Shown here one piece after another: positions 26,758 through 38,001 of a stretch of 64,000 bases of DNA. The position numbers were made by a program, and so were the translations under genes. The stretch is from an uncultured bacterium (GTDB taxonomy: Bacteria; Chloroflexota; UBA5177; JANWHV01): NCBI GenBank assembly GCA_963729625.1, contig CAVSOU010000014.1, forward strand, positions 96,001-160,000, read 5' to 3'. The number at the start of each line of letters is the position of its first letter. Position 1 is the first letter of the stretch. The notes beneath the pieces were generated by a model, which was given only the letters and a program-made list of their open reading frames with translations, did not search any database and was not told where the DNA came from.

Positions 26758-27758
26758 TTCTTCGCTCCTTTGGCGCTCGGTCGCCCCCTGGAATTCCCCC
26801 GCGCGTGTCGCTGCGCATAGCGATCCATCTTCGTCGAGGGGATAGCAGCATCGTTCCCCCCACTCCCCACGCGAGGAGTGCCGTCGAGAGTGCGCCGTTC
26901 AAGCTGACGCGTCATCTCAGCCTTCGCCTGAGCCTCCTTGGCAGCGAAGGCGCGTGCCACGACGCCGCCCTGCCCGCTCCTCGACTGAGCAGACGGCGCC
27001 CCGGATACGTCGGCGTAGGGGATGGAGAATGGATCTGTGAAGAGACTGCCAAATCCGCCGACAAAGTATTGAATGAGCATCATCAAGAAGTTTGACGTAA
27101 CCCAATAGACCGCAAGCCCTGACGGATATGTCCACGCGAAGACCACGATCATGATTGGGAAGAACTGCATGATCTGGTTCATCTGGCGTTGCTGCGGATC
27201 GTTGGTCGGATTGAGCATCATGCGCTGCTGGATCCACTGCGTGATGCCGGCCACGATCGGCAGAATATGCGTTGGATCGGCTTTCCCGAGGCCGTTGTAG
27301 AGCCAGATGAAATCGGCTTGGTAGAGGTCCCAGTGCGGGAGGTTGGGGAAACCCTTGGGAAAGGCAGTGCTATGGTGGACGGCGACCCAACTCTTGAGCT
27401 TGGCGGAGTCGTTTGCCAGTGTCCTGAGCACCAGGAACAAGCTCCAGAGAATCGGAATCTGGATAAGCGGCAGGATGCAGCCCAGAGCCGGGTTGTGGTT
27501 GTGCTCGCGATACAGCTCCATCATCGCTTTGGACAGCGCTTCGCGGTCTTTCCCGTGCTTCTTCTGAAGCTCCTTAATTTGCGGGCTGAGGATCATCATC
27601 TTCTTCGCGGACCGCATCTGCACGACATACAGTGGCGACAGGGCTCCGCGAATGATCAGCGTGAAGAGGATGATGGCGACGCCGTAGCTCAGCGTGAGGT
27701 GCGTGAGATTCGTGATGAGCCAGTACAATGGTCTCTGAAAGACCAAGAAGATATCCAC
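26754..27758 (-). CDS. yidC: Membrane protein insertase YidC
   Basis: YGVAIILFTLIIR, PQIKELQKK, LYREH..NP..GC.LPLIQIPI, PSGLAVYW. Conserved operon position. Confidence 0.95.
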   Translation of the reverse strand: MDIFLVFQRPLYWLITNLTHLTLSYGVAIILFTLIIRGALSPLYVVQMRSAKKMMILSPQIKELQKKHGKDREALSKAMMELYREHNHNPALGCILPLIQIPILWSLFLVLRTLANDSAKLKSWVAVHHSTAFPKGFPNLPHWDLYQADFIWLYNGLGKADPTHILPIVAGITQWIQQRMMLNPTNDPQQRQMNQIMQFFPIMIVVFAWTYPSGLAVYWVTSNFLMMLIQYFVGGFGSLFTDPFSIPYADVSGAPSAQSRSGQGGVVARAFAAKEAQAKAEMTRQLERRTLDGTPRVGSGGNDAAIPSTKMDRYAQRHARGNSRGRPSAKGAKK

Positions 27759-27791
27759 TGGGACCTTCTCCTGCCGCAGATTCCCTGCGGG

Positions 27792-28001
27792 CTACGGCAC
27801 CGGGTCGTAGCCGCCCTTGCTCCAGGGGTGGCAACGCCCGAGCCGCCTACATGTTAACTGCAAACCCTTAAGCGCTCCATAGCGGTCGATCGCCTCCTCG
27901 CTGTATGCGGAGCAGGTTGGATAAAACCGACAGGAGCTCGGCAGGAGTGGGCTAATCACTCGTCGATACAACCACACGACGCCGATCAATACGTGCTTCA
28001 T
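27792..28001 (-). CDS. yidD: Membrane protein insertion efficiency factor YidD
   Basis: YRRVISPLLPSSCRFYPTCSAY, RCHPWSKGGYDPVP. Confidence 0.95.
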   Translation of the reverse strand: MKHVLIGVVWLYRRVISPLLPSSCRFYPTCSAYSEEAIDRYGALKGLQLTCRRLGRCHPWSKGGYDPVP

Positions 28002-28067
28002 ATGTGCCGCGCACGATTGGGAAAATCCCAATCAGATGCATAGTCTCCATGCAAGAACGCGCCCACG

Positions 28068-28415
28068 CTAGGGCACTGTCGTCAACAGCTTGGCGGCCGC
28101 GAGCTGGCGAATGACGGCGTCGCCGACTTCGCCGAACGAACGCTGCGCCAAAGCAGGCCTGCCTATGATTACCACGTCGAATCCCTGTCGCAGCTGCGGA
28201 AGAACGCCGCGCACAATCTCGCGCAGTACGCGCTTCACATGGTTACGCACGTGAGCCTTACCCACACGCTTGCTCACCGTGAACCCGATCCGCGTCACCG
28301 GCCCTCCAGTATATACGGCGGTTACTACCAGCAAGGAGTGCGACCAGGCGCGGCCCTCTCGGCGCACCCGCGCAAAATCTTCAGTACGACGCAAGCGATG
28401 CTCACGTGGCAACAT
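28068..28415 (-). CDS. rnpA: Ribonuclease P protein component
   Basis: MLPREHRLRRTEDF, RIGFTVSKRVGKAHVRNHVKRVLRE. Confidence 0.95.
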   Translation of the reverse strand: MLPREHRLRRTEDFARVRREGRAWSHSLLVVTAVYTGGPVTRIGFTVSKRVGKAHVRNHVKRVLREIVRGVLPQLRQGFDVVIIGRPALAQRSFGEVGDAVIRQLAAAKLLTTVP

Positions 28416-28424
28416 AGATTCGCG

Positions 28425-28559
28425 CTAAATCGTCAGGCTATGCCGTCCCTTAAGCCTGCGAGCCTTGAGTACGCGCCGCCCGTTGGATGTGGCCATGCGG
28501 GCGCGAAACCCATGCTTGCGCTGCCGCTTTAGCTTCTTCGGTTGCCAAGTTCGCTTCAT
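28425..28559 (-). CDS. rpmH: 50S ribosomal protein L34
   Basis: Absent from the ORF track. Manual translation gives [44 protein letters not shown]. Confidence 0.97.
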   Translation of the reverse strand: MKRTWQPKKLKRQRKHGFRARMATSNGRRVLKARRLKGRHSLTI

Positions 28560-28587
28560 GGAGTAAGGATTCCCCCTCTACCGGTCA

Positions 28588-28627
28588 AGTATAGCAAAGG
28601 CCCAGGTTAACGGCCTTCACGATTATA
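28588..28627 (-). promoter_or_regulatory. Tandem -10 elements upstream of rpmH
   Basis: TGCTATACT (28588-28596) and TATAAT (28622-28627) on the minus strand. Confidence 0.55.
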
Positions 28628-28699
28628 GCGGTTCCAGCGTGTTTCGCGGCAAGCCGCGCCAAACGCGGTCGTGTCTTCAGCCGATTGGCGGCAACGCGC

Positions 28700-29326
28700 C
28701 TACCACCATGAGGAATAGCGCTCTTCTGTCCACGGATCGCCGTGCATGTGGTATCCGTTGCGCTCCCAGAATCCTGGCTCTTCGTGGTCGAGGAATTCCA
28801 GTCCGCGTACCCACTTGACGCTCTTCCAGAAGTACAGATGCGGCACCACGAGGCGGACCGGCCAGCCATGGTCCGGCTCGAGATCGCGATCGTCGTGCTT
28901 CAGCGCGAAGAGATTCTCGTCGCGGTCGAAGTCGGTCATCGCGAGATTGGCCGAGAATCCTTGTTCCGCGTGCACCAGCACGTGCGAAGCGGATGCAGAC
29001 GGTCGCGCCAACCGAAGAAGCTCCTTGACCGCGACGCCTTCCCATACGTTGTCGAGCTTCGACCACCGCGTCACGCAGTGAATGTCATTCCGCCTGGTGA
29101 CACGCGGCAGATCCTGGAACTGCTGCCAGCCAATTGTCAAAGGGTTATCGACCAAGCCCGAAAGCCTGAAGTCCCAGACCGAAAGGTCCACTCGAGGGAC
29201 GCTCCCGTAGTGCAGCACGGGCCACTTGGTGGTCAACTGCTGGCCGGGCGGGACGCGTGCCGCGATCTCCGGCGCCAGCTGGTGCGGTTTCAGCAGCGAC
29301 ATATATCCTCGATTCGGTTCTTGCAT
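28700..29326 (-). CDS. Sulfite-oxidase-like molybdopterin oxidoreductase (YuiH-like)
   Basis: RVPPGQ..T.KWPVLH.G, DIHCVTRWS, HGWPVRLVVPHLYFWKSVKW, GFWERNGYH..GDPW.EER. Confidence 0.9.
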   Translation of the reverse strand: MQEPNRGYMSLLKPHQLAPEIAARVPPGQQLTTKWPVLHYGSVPRVDLSVWDFRLSGLVDNPLTIGWQQFQDLPRVTRRNDIHCVTRWSKLDNVWEGVAVKELLRLARPSASASHVLVHAEQGFSANLAMTDFDRDENLFALKHDDRDLEPDHGWPVRLVVPHLYFWKSVKWVRGLEFLDHEEPGFWERNGYHMHGDPWTEERYSSWW

Positions 29327-29426
29327 TCACTACCCTGAGGGTATCACGGTTGGCGAATCGCTTCGCCGCGCACTACGCTAGAGGGCGGCCCTGTGCGTGT
29401 TAGGTCCGGGGTATGAAGGGAATCGC

Positions 29427-30953
29427 ATGTCAGCTGCGGTCATGAAGCAGGAGACCGGGACGCACGTACTCGAGTCCTGGATCGATCTGGTCTGGATGGC
29501 AGGATTGATCGTCTCCGCCGTGCTCTACTATCAGGCCTCGAGCTTCTTGCTCAGCATGATCTTCCTGGCAGTGCTTGCCTGCCTGTGTTGGTTGCGCTCG
29601 TCTCTAGCGGTGGTTCTGGTGCCGTTGGCCGTTCCCCTCCACATGTTGCCGAAGACGCTGCACGTCGGGCACAGCCCGAGCTTCTCTCTTGGCGAGACGG
29701 TTATCGTCCTGCTCGCGGTTATCGTCGCAATCCAGCAACTGATGAGCTTTGCGCGGGACCCTCGCGACATGTCGCTTGTGCATCGCTTGCTGCCTTCGAC
29801 GCCGTTTCTTTGGCCGGCCCTGGCGTTTCTGCTCGCCGCGACCATAGCCACCGCGCACGCGCAATTCCACACGGTCGCACTGCGCGGCTATCGGTGGTGG
29901 GTCGTGGAGCCGATGCTGTACTACTGGTTAGTGCTGCAGCGGCTTCGCTCGCAGCAGGGCGCCGCTCTGCTGGCTCTCGCGCTTGCTGCCGCGGGAACGG
30001 TGATAGCAGCGCTTGGTGCTTGGCAGATTCTATTCCGGCCCCATGATCTCGTGAACGCGAGTACAATCGGGCAGCATTTCGTTGCCGCTGTGTACCAGAA
30101 CGAGAATAACCTGGCTCTGCTCATCGATCGCGCACTTCCGATGGCCTTTGCGCTTGCCATCGAGCCGGGGTGGATGACGCTGTTCAGCTCAGCGCCGCAA
30201 CCGGGCGAATCCCGCCGGACCGAACGTTGGGTTCAGGGCGGACTCGCCTTCGCCTGCGCCCTAATGGCATATATCTTGTACCGTACTGGCTCGCGCGGCG
30301 GCGAGCTCGCTACGTTGATCTGCGCGGCCGCGCTGATGATTGCCTGGCAGCGGCGGAATCGCATTGCACTTGCGGTCGCGGCCGGTGTCGCCGTCCTTGC
30401 ACTGATCCTGGTGCGCCACCGCATCGCAGACTTTCTGAATGGAAGTCATGGGCTCTCCAACGGTGCGCATGAATCCGTGTGGCGGAGCGCAGTGAGGATG
30501 CTTCGTGACCACCCTATCTTCGGTGTCGGGCCAGACAACTTCCTGTACTACTACTCAAACGACAGTACGTGCGCTCCGAACCACATCGCGCACTGGTACT
30601 ATAGCCAGGACAATCAGACGAATTTCGAGCGGTGCATCTCACACCCGCACAACATGATTCTGGATTTCTGGCTCAGCACGGGCATCCTCGGTCTCATAGC
30701 CAGCCTGGCGCTTCTCGGCATGTTCGCCATCCTCGGCGTGCGGGCCTTGAGGTCGGCGGCCATTGCGCAAAGAGGCCCTCTTCTCGGCTCGCTGGCAGCA
30801 ATGCTCGCTCTTGTCATCCATGGTGAAGTGGATAACTCGTACTTCCTCCCCGACCTTGCCGTGTACTTCTGGCTTTGCCTGGGGATCGTGACGCTGTTGC
30901 AGGACGACACACGGGATCACGGGTTCAGGCAAAAGCTCAGAAGCTCGTGCTGA
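29427..30953 (+). CDS. O-antigen ligase / Wzy_C family membrane protein
   Basis: N.NNLA, TGSRGG, W.SA.RML.DHPIFGVG.DNF, HPHN..L......G.LG, HG.VD. About twelve TM segments. Confidence 0.85.
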   Translation: MSAAVMKQETGTHVLESWIDLVWMAGLIVSAVLYYQASSFLLSMIFLAVLACLCWLRSSLAVVLVPLAVPLHMLPKTLHVGHSPSFSLGETVIVLLAVIVAIQQLMSFARDPRDMSLVHRLLPSTPFLWPALAFLLAATIATAHAQFHTVALRGYRWWVVEPMLYYWLVLQRLRSQQGAALLALALAAAGTVIAALGAWQILFRPHDLVNASTIGQHFVAAVYQNENNLALLIDRALPMAFALAIEPGWMTLFSSAPQPGESRRTERWVQGGLAFACALMAYILYRTGSRGGELATLICAAALMIAWQRRNRIALAVAAGVAVLALILVRHRIADFLNGSHGLSNGAHESVWRSAVRMLRDHPIFGVGPDNFLYYYSNDSTCAPNHIAHWYYSQDNQTNFERCISHPHNMILDFWLSTGILGLIASLALLGMFAILGVRALRSAAIAQRGPLLGSLAAMLALVIHGEVDNSYFLPDLAVYFWLCLGIVTLLQDDTRDHGFRQKLRSSC

Positions 30954-31245
30954 ACTGCTTGTTAAGGTAATTCGCGACGGAATCCACCGCGGTCGACATA
31001 GTCGGAAACACCGTGATGAACGCAACCACCCCGATGGCTACGATGATCACGAACTCCAGTAGCACGATAGTCTCCTCGGAGAGCAACGTGTTTCGCAGTG
31101 AGTCTGCCATCTGCTCGAAAATCGAGGCGCGCCGTACCCGCACCGCCGGCGCGGGCGGGACGCGCACTCTCACCTTCGGCGAGGGCACCTGGGCCTGTTG
31201 CAGGGCCTGCGGGTCCTCGGGCAGTTGAGGCGAAGACGTAGCCAT
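30937..31245 (-). CDS. Small single-TM protein resembling an Flp (type IVb/c) pilin
   Basis: RBS GGAGGAG. LLSEETIVLLEFVIIVAIGVVAFI aligns with the Flp motif (..DEEGxxxxEY + hydrophobic helix), followed by a short amphipathic tail. Confidence 0.5.
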   Translation of the reverse strand: MATSSPQLPEDPQALQQAQVPSPKVRVRVPPAPAVRVRRASIFEQMADSLRNTLLSEETIVLLEFVIIVAIGVVAFITVFPTMSTAVDSVANYLNKQFSTSF

Positions 31246-31453
31246 TAAGGGACACTCCTCCCGGTCAGATTATGGCAGCGCGACCGCGCGCACCGAACAG
31301 GGTTCTCCAGCCACTCGTCCCGCTTGGCTCGGGCGCGCCGGTCCTGCACGCGGGACAGTATGGCAACCGGAAGCGAACGCCGAGGGTTCACCTCTGCCCC
31401 ACGGGATTGTATCACGTTGGGTCGGCGCATCGTCCAGCCGAGGAACTACATAC

Positions 31454-33832
31454 TTACTTTCGCGGCAGCGCCACAGCCTGCCTGATGCCTTCGGCAATGA
31501 CGTGTCCCGGACGCGCACGGTCTTGAAGGGGCAGATCGCGAAGCTCGACCACCGAGGCTCGACCAGCGCCGTCGACCATCTCGATCGACGCACGTTCATC
31601 AATCCTGAACACCGCGACCACCGGACCGGTCTTGTCGCTGATGCGGATGCTCTTCACGCCGCCACCGTCGCGACCCTGCAGGGGATACTCGGACATTGCA
31701 GCCCGCCGCCCCACGCCGGCAGCCGTAAGCACTACAACCTGCGCGCCACCCAGCGCAACGGCGCCACGTAGAACCACGTCTCCGGTGTCGAGCCGAATGC
31801 CGCGCACGCCGCCAGCCAGCCGCTTCGTCACGCGTACGTCGTCTGAGGAGAATCGAATGGCCTTTCCCTGGCGCGTGTGCAGCAGCAACTCGGCGTCGGC
31901 AGCGGCGGGCTCGACCGACAGCAACTTGTCGTCAGGGTCCAGATTGATCGCTGCAAGAGGAGCCGCTCGCGCATGGAGGTACTCTGCTGTCGGAGCGCGC
32001 TTGACCTGGCCCTGTTCGGTTACGAGGACCAGGATTGGTCCGACGTCAGGCCCCGCGGGCACAATCGCAATAACGTCGTCGCCCGCGGCCAGTTCCACGA
32101 GTGATGCCACGGATACGCCCCGGTCGCTTCTTCGTGCCGCGGGAGCGATCTTGTGAACGGGCACGCCGTGGCATGCGCCGGCGCTGGTAAACAAGAGCAA
32201 CATGTCCCGAACATTGCACGAGATGTACTGGACAGGCATCTCGCGCGCGCTTGGGCGCCGAGTGAACTGGTCCAGTCGTTTCAACGTTCCATCATCGCCG
32301 AGCACCACAACGGTAGCCTGGTTTGGCACCAGGTCTTCGATGCTCATGGGCACGTCGGCCGCGTCGTCGACGATCCGCGTGCGGCGATCGTCGCCGAAGC
32401 GTTCCTGGAGATCACGGAGCTCACCGACCAAGATGCCGAGAATCTTGCTGGGTGACGCCAGGATCTCCTCCAGCTCGCGGACTTGCCGCTGCACCTCGTG
32501 CAGTTCGTCTACAATCTTCTTCCTCTCCAGCTGGCTTAGTCGTGCAAGGCGCATGTCCAGGATCGCGCGCGCCTGCGTTGGCGTGAGGCCAAGTCGATCC
32601 ACGAGCGCCTTAAGCGCGGCTTCTGTCGACTGCGCTGCCCGAATGAGCGCGATGACCACATCAAGGGCTCCGAGCGCTTTGTTCAGTCCTTCCAGCACGT
32701 GAAGCCTGCTACTCGCTTCGTCGAGATCGAACTGAGTGCGCGCCGAGATCACGGCCTTTCGATGCTCGATGAAGACGTTGAGGGCTCGCTTGAGGGTGAT
32801 TTGATGCGGGCCTCCGTCGATGAGCCCAAGCATGTTGATGCCGAAGGTGACCTCCAGGTTCGACTTCTGATAGAGTGTCTTGAGAATCCTTGCCGGATCT
32901 CCATCACGTTTCAAGTCGATCGCGATGCGCATCCCGGTGCGATCAGACTCGTCGCGCATGGCCGCGATTCCTTCGAGCTTGCGATCCCGCACGAGGTCCG
33001 AGATCGACTCGATCAGCTGCGATTTCTTCACCTGGTACGGCAGTTCGGTAATTGCGATGGTACGCCGGCCCCGTCCATCGTCTTCGATGCTGGCAACGCC
33101 GCGCAAAATGATGCGGCCCTGACCGGTGGCGTAGGCACGGTCAATGCCCTCACGGCCAACGATGATGCCGCCAGTCGGAAAGTCCGGGCCGGGCATTGCC
33201 GCGACGAGGGCGTCGACAGGCGTGTCGGGGTTGTTCGCAAGCGCGATAATCGCCTCGCTCAATTCGCGCAAATTGTGCGGCGGCACGTTTGTGGCCATGC
33301 CCACGGCAATGCCGTCTGCGCCGTTGAGTAGAAACAACGGCGCCTTGCCCGGCAGCACAGCTGGCTCGCGCATCGAACTGTCGAAATTGTCGACGAACGG
33401 TACCGTGTTCTTCTCCAGATCGGACAGCAACTCCTCCGCAAGCTCGGTCAGGCGCACTTCGGTATAACGCATCGCGGCTGCGTTGTCGCCATCAATCGAT
33501 CCGAAGTTGCCCTGCCCATCCACCAGCGGGTAGCGCAGGCTGAAGTCCTGCGCCAGCCGCACGAGCGCATCATAGACCGCAGAATCACCGTGCGGATGGT
33601 ACTTGCCGAGCACATCACCCACGATGCGAGCGCTCTTCTTGTAGGCGCTGTCGTGGCGCAGGCCCAGCTCATACATGCCGTAGAGCACTCGTCGCTGAAC
33701 CGGCTTGAGGCCGTCGCGCACATCCGGTAGCGCGCGCGCGGTGATAACGCTCATCGCGTAGTCGACGTACGCCTCGCGCATTTTGGAATCGAGGTCGACG
33801 TCCACGATCGAAAGGGCGGGTGCGTCAGCCAT
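31454..33832 (-). CDS. Type IIA topoisomerase subunit A (GyrA/ParC family, lacks GyrA box)
   Basis: [29 protein letters not shown] catalytic Tyr, PGPDFPTGG, beta-pinwheel CTD. Confidence 0.95.
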   Translation of the reverse strand: MADAPALSIVDVDLDSKMREAYVDYAMSVITARALPDVRDGLKPVQRRVLYGMYELGLRHDSAYKKSARIVGDVLGKYHPHGDSAVYDALVRLAQDFSLRYPLVDGQGNFGSIDGDNAAAMRYTEVRLTELAEELLSDLEKNTVPFVDNFDSSMREPAVLPGKAPLFLLNGADGIAVGMATNVPPHNLRELSEAIIALANNPDTPVDALVAAMPGPDFPTGGIIVGREGIDRAYATGQGRIILRGVASIEDDGRGRRTIAITELPYQVKKSQLIESISDLVRDRKLEGIAAMRDESDRTGMRIAIDLKRDGDPARILKTLYQKSNLEVTFGINMLGLIDGGPHQITLKRALNVFIEHRKAVISARTQFDLDEASSRLHVLEGLNKALGALDVVIALIRAAQSTEAALKALVDRLGLTPTQARAILDMRLARLSQLERKKIVDELHEVQRQVRELEEILASPSKILGILVGELRDLQERFGDDRRTRIVDDAADVPMSIEDLVPNQATVVVLGDDGTLKRLDQFTRRPSAREMPVQYISCNVRDMLLLFTSAGACHGVPVHKIAPAARRSDRGVSVASLVELAAGDDVIAIVPAGPDVGPILVLVTEQGQVKRAPTAEYLHARAAPLAAINLDPDDKLLSVEPAAADAELLLHTRQGKAIRFSSDDVRVTKRLAGGVRGIRLDTGDVVLRGAVALGGAQVVVLTAAGVGRRAAMSEYPLQGRDGGGVKSIRISDKTGPVVAVFRIDERASIEMVDGAGRASVVELRDLPLQDRARPGHVIAEGIRQAVALPRK

Positions 33833-33844
33833 CTGTCACGTACC

Positions 33845-35791
<1,947 letters not shown>

Positions 35792-36085
35792 CTAATAAGT
35801 CGATTGTCCCACGGGCATAGACCTCGGTCAAGGACACCATGATACACGCCGGGCCTGCTGAATAGGCGTAGATTGGCCTCCACCGCGTGGAGGTCGCGCA
35901 CGCGCTAAGCGTAGCACGCCGACCTCTGGCGTGGCGCGGGCGCTGGGTCGCGAACGTGCGATGGCATCCTGCGCGTGTCCGTACTGAGTGCAGCAAGCGT
36001 TACAACCGATACAGACTCGGATACAAGCATGTGCTTCAATGGTTGGAGCATCGTGCATGATGCAGCAAACACTGCAGGCAAAGTC

Positions 36086-36271
36086 ATGGAACTCGACTAC
36101 GAATGGGCGGAACCGGTGGCCACGAAGATCAACCGCCGCCGAAGAGAGGAAGCTAACCGAAATCGGCCGGTCGTGCACGGTGCCGTGCGGTATCTCGGGC
36201 ACCGGCCAGATCCCAAGCACGAGCGACGGCGCGATGCGCAGGTCGCGCGGCAGGCTCGGCGCCGATCATAG
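36086..36271 (+). CDS. Possible small Arg-rich hypothetical protein
   Basis: 61-aa ORF in a ~700-nt gap. No recognisable motif and a weak RBS. Confidence 0.3.
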   Translation: MELDYEWAEPVATKINRRRREEANRNRPVVHGAVRYLGHRPDPKHERRRDAQVARQARRRS

Positions 36272-36451
36272 TGTCCCGGCGGTCTCCACGCAGTCTGTAT
36301 CGTATTTACGTGCTACGGAGTAACCAAGACGGGATCCCAATCGGACGGCACGGTTCTTGAGGCGCGGACGTCCTGATCCGCCGGGCACGAGCCGGCTATC
36401 CACCTCATCGCCAAGACGTGACTTCCCTGCGGACTCCGGGGTGGCACCAAT

Positions 36452-37108
36452 TCAGGACAGCGAGAAGGGTGGATACTGGTCGGTCAGTCCATACAGGAAC
36501 GCATAGACTCGCACCTGCCATCTGATCGTTCCGGCGTAGAGGTCGTAGGGGACTTTGGCGAAGCGACCGTTCATAAGCACCGGTACCCAGCTAACCAGCA
36601 TAAAGGCGAAGCATGCCATTCTCAGTGCCGACAATACGATCATGTGGGGCCAGAGGCAGATCATCTTCGCGAAGAAACCGACGAACGGTATGGCCCAGCC
36701 CCTCGTCGCGCTCCGCTGCTGCTCGAATGTAACGATGGGGTCTCCGCCACCAGGCTCATCGGCAAAGCTGAATGACGGGTACTTGTCGCTGAGGCCAAAC
36801 AGGAAGCCACCCACTCGCGTGTACCATCGAACGTAGCCGCCGACCAGTACGAAGCCAATTGCCGGGTAAACGCCGACAAATAGCACCGGTATCCACAACA
36901 CGAGCTGGGCCAGCCAGACGATCATGGAGACGATGCACATGGCAATGAAGAATGGGATCAGCATGACAATCTTCAGCACCATGCCGAGTATCGGTACAGC
37001 ATACAGCATGTTGTTGTTGTCAGGGCGCGGGAACTCCACCGACACGGGATAATCGCCAGCCACGCCAGGCGACTGCCTAACCCATTCACCCTCGAGTGTC
37101 GTATTCAA
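36452..37108 (-). CDS. DUF4389 domain membrane protein (two repeats)
   Basis: YPVSVEF, then two units ending W..RV..F..GL.D.YP.FS. RBS GGGAGG before TTG. Confidence 0.85.
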   Translation of the reverse strand: MNTTLEGEWVRQSPGVAGDYPVSVEFPRPDNNNMLYAVPILGMVLKIVMLIPFFIAMCIVSMIVWLAQLVLWIPVLFVGVYPAIGFVLVGGYVRWYTRVGGFLFGLSDKYPSFSFADEPGGGDPIVTFEQQRSATRGWAIPFVGFFAKMICLWPHMIVLSALRMACFAFMLVSWVPVLMNGRFAKVPYDLYAGTIRWQVRVYAFLYGLTDQYPPFSLS

Positions 37109-37165
37109 AGACTGCCTCCCGGTGTCTCGGCTTCACTGCGCCGCAGAGTTGGACGCACCGCAGCT

Positions 37166-37209
37166 ACTATACGCGCGGTCCGGAGGGCGCGCAACAGGAA
37201 ATTTGTTGC
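37166..37209 (-). promoter_or_regulatory. Sigma70 promoter with palindromic operator over the -35 box
   Basis: TTGCGC (37189-37194), 17 nt, TATAGT (37166-37171). Inverted repeat GCAACA-N7-TGTTGC at 37191-37209. Confidence 0.55.
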
Positions 37210-37325
37210 CGTCTCATCCGCCGGCCGAGGCTCAGCCGAAAGCCACGCGCCGCGAGTCGCCCAACAGGCTGCGGCAGCGCCGCCGGCCGCGTACAGCTGC
37301 GCTCCGCTGCGTGACCGCGAGCGGT

Positions 37326-37835
37326 CTAGGCGAAAGCAGTCTTAACGAACAGGCCGCGGCCGCCGAACATGCCTCGGCGGACTACGTCTACAATCGTCAT
37401 CGCGTCCACGGGCGTCTGCGTGGTAAACCGCTTCTGCACATACATGCCAACCGGCGGCGCCAGGAACAACGACACCAACGACGCGAGGATGGCACGGCTA
37501 TAGCGGTTTCTCCTGGGCGGTATCTCGCCGACCAGCACCGACGAGAGGCCGGCCATCATGCCCGCCACCGCCAGGTTGGTTCCACAACGCGGATGGATGG
37601 CCATTTCGGGCTCGCCGTTGCGCAGGCGGTGCAACGCCTCATCGGCGCACTCGATCAGATCCTCTTCGTTAACCGCGCCATGAACGTAGAAGCCTCCGGC
37701 AGTCGAGCGCCCGCGCAGAACGATGCGAGGGTTACGCTGTGTGAGTAGCAGGATCGTCGCATGTTCAAGGGCATGGTTCTGTCGGACGCGAGGTCCGAGG
37801 AGCATCTGTTCGATAATGTCCTGTGGCTTGCCCAT
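37326..37835 (-). CDS. DUF6391-like protein
   Basis: RVRQNHALEHATI..L, GRST..GF.V.G, AL.RL..GE..MAIHP.CGTN, Q..FTT. Confidence 0.75.
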   Translation of the reverse strand: MGKPQDIIEQMLLGPRVRQNHALEHATILLLTQRNPRIVLRGRSTAGGFYVHGAVNEEDLIECADEALHRLRNGEPEMAIHPRCGTNLAVAGMMAGLSSVLVGEIPPRRNRYSRAILASLVSLFLAPPVGMYVQKRFTTQTPVDAMTIVDVVRRGMFGGRGLFVKTAFA

Positions 37836-38001
37836 GAAGTACTCCCTCTCCCTGCGAGGCGTTGTGCGGGTGTGTCGCGTGCCGAGTGCGATCTCTGGTC
37901 AGATGTTGGATTCCAAGATCCGCTGCAGGAAGCCAACACGGCCCGGCAGCCCGCGCTGCCCGCCCGGAAATCTGTGCCGGCGCGGCGCACCCAAATCATT
38001 C

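Noticed and set aside
28560-28700. Possible oriC upstream of rpmH
   Set aside because: No DnaA boxes or AT-rich unwinding element seen, and no dnaA.
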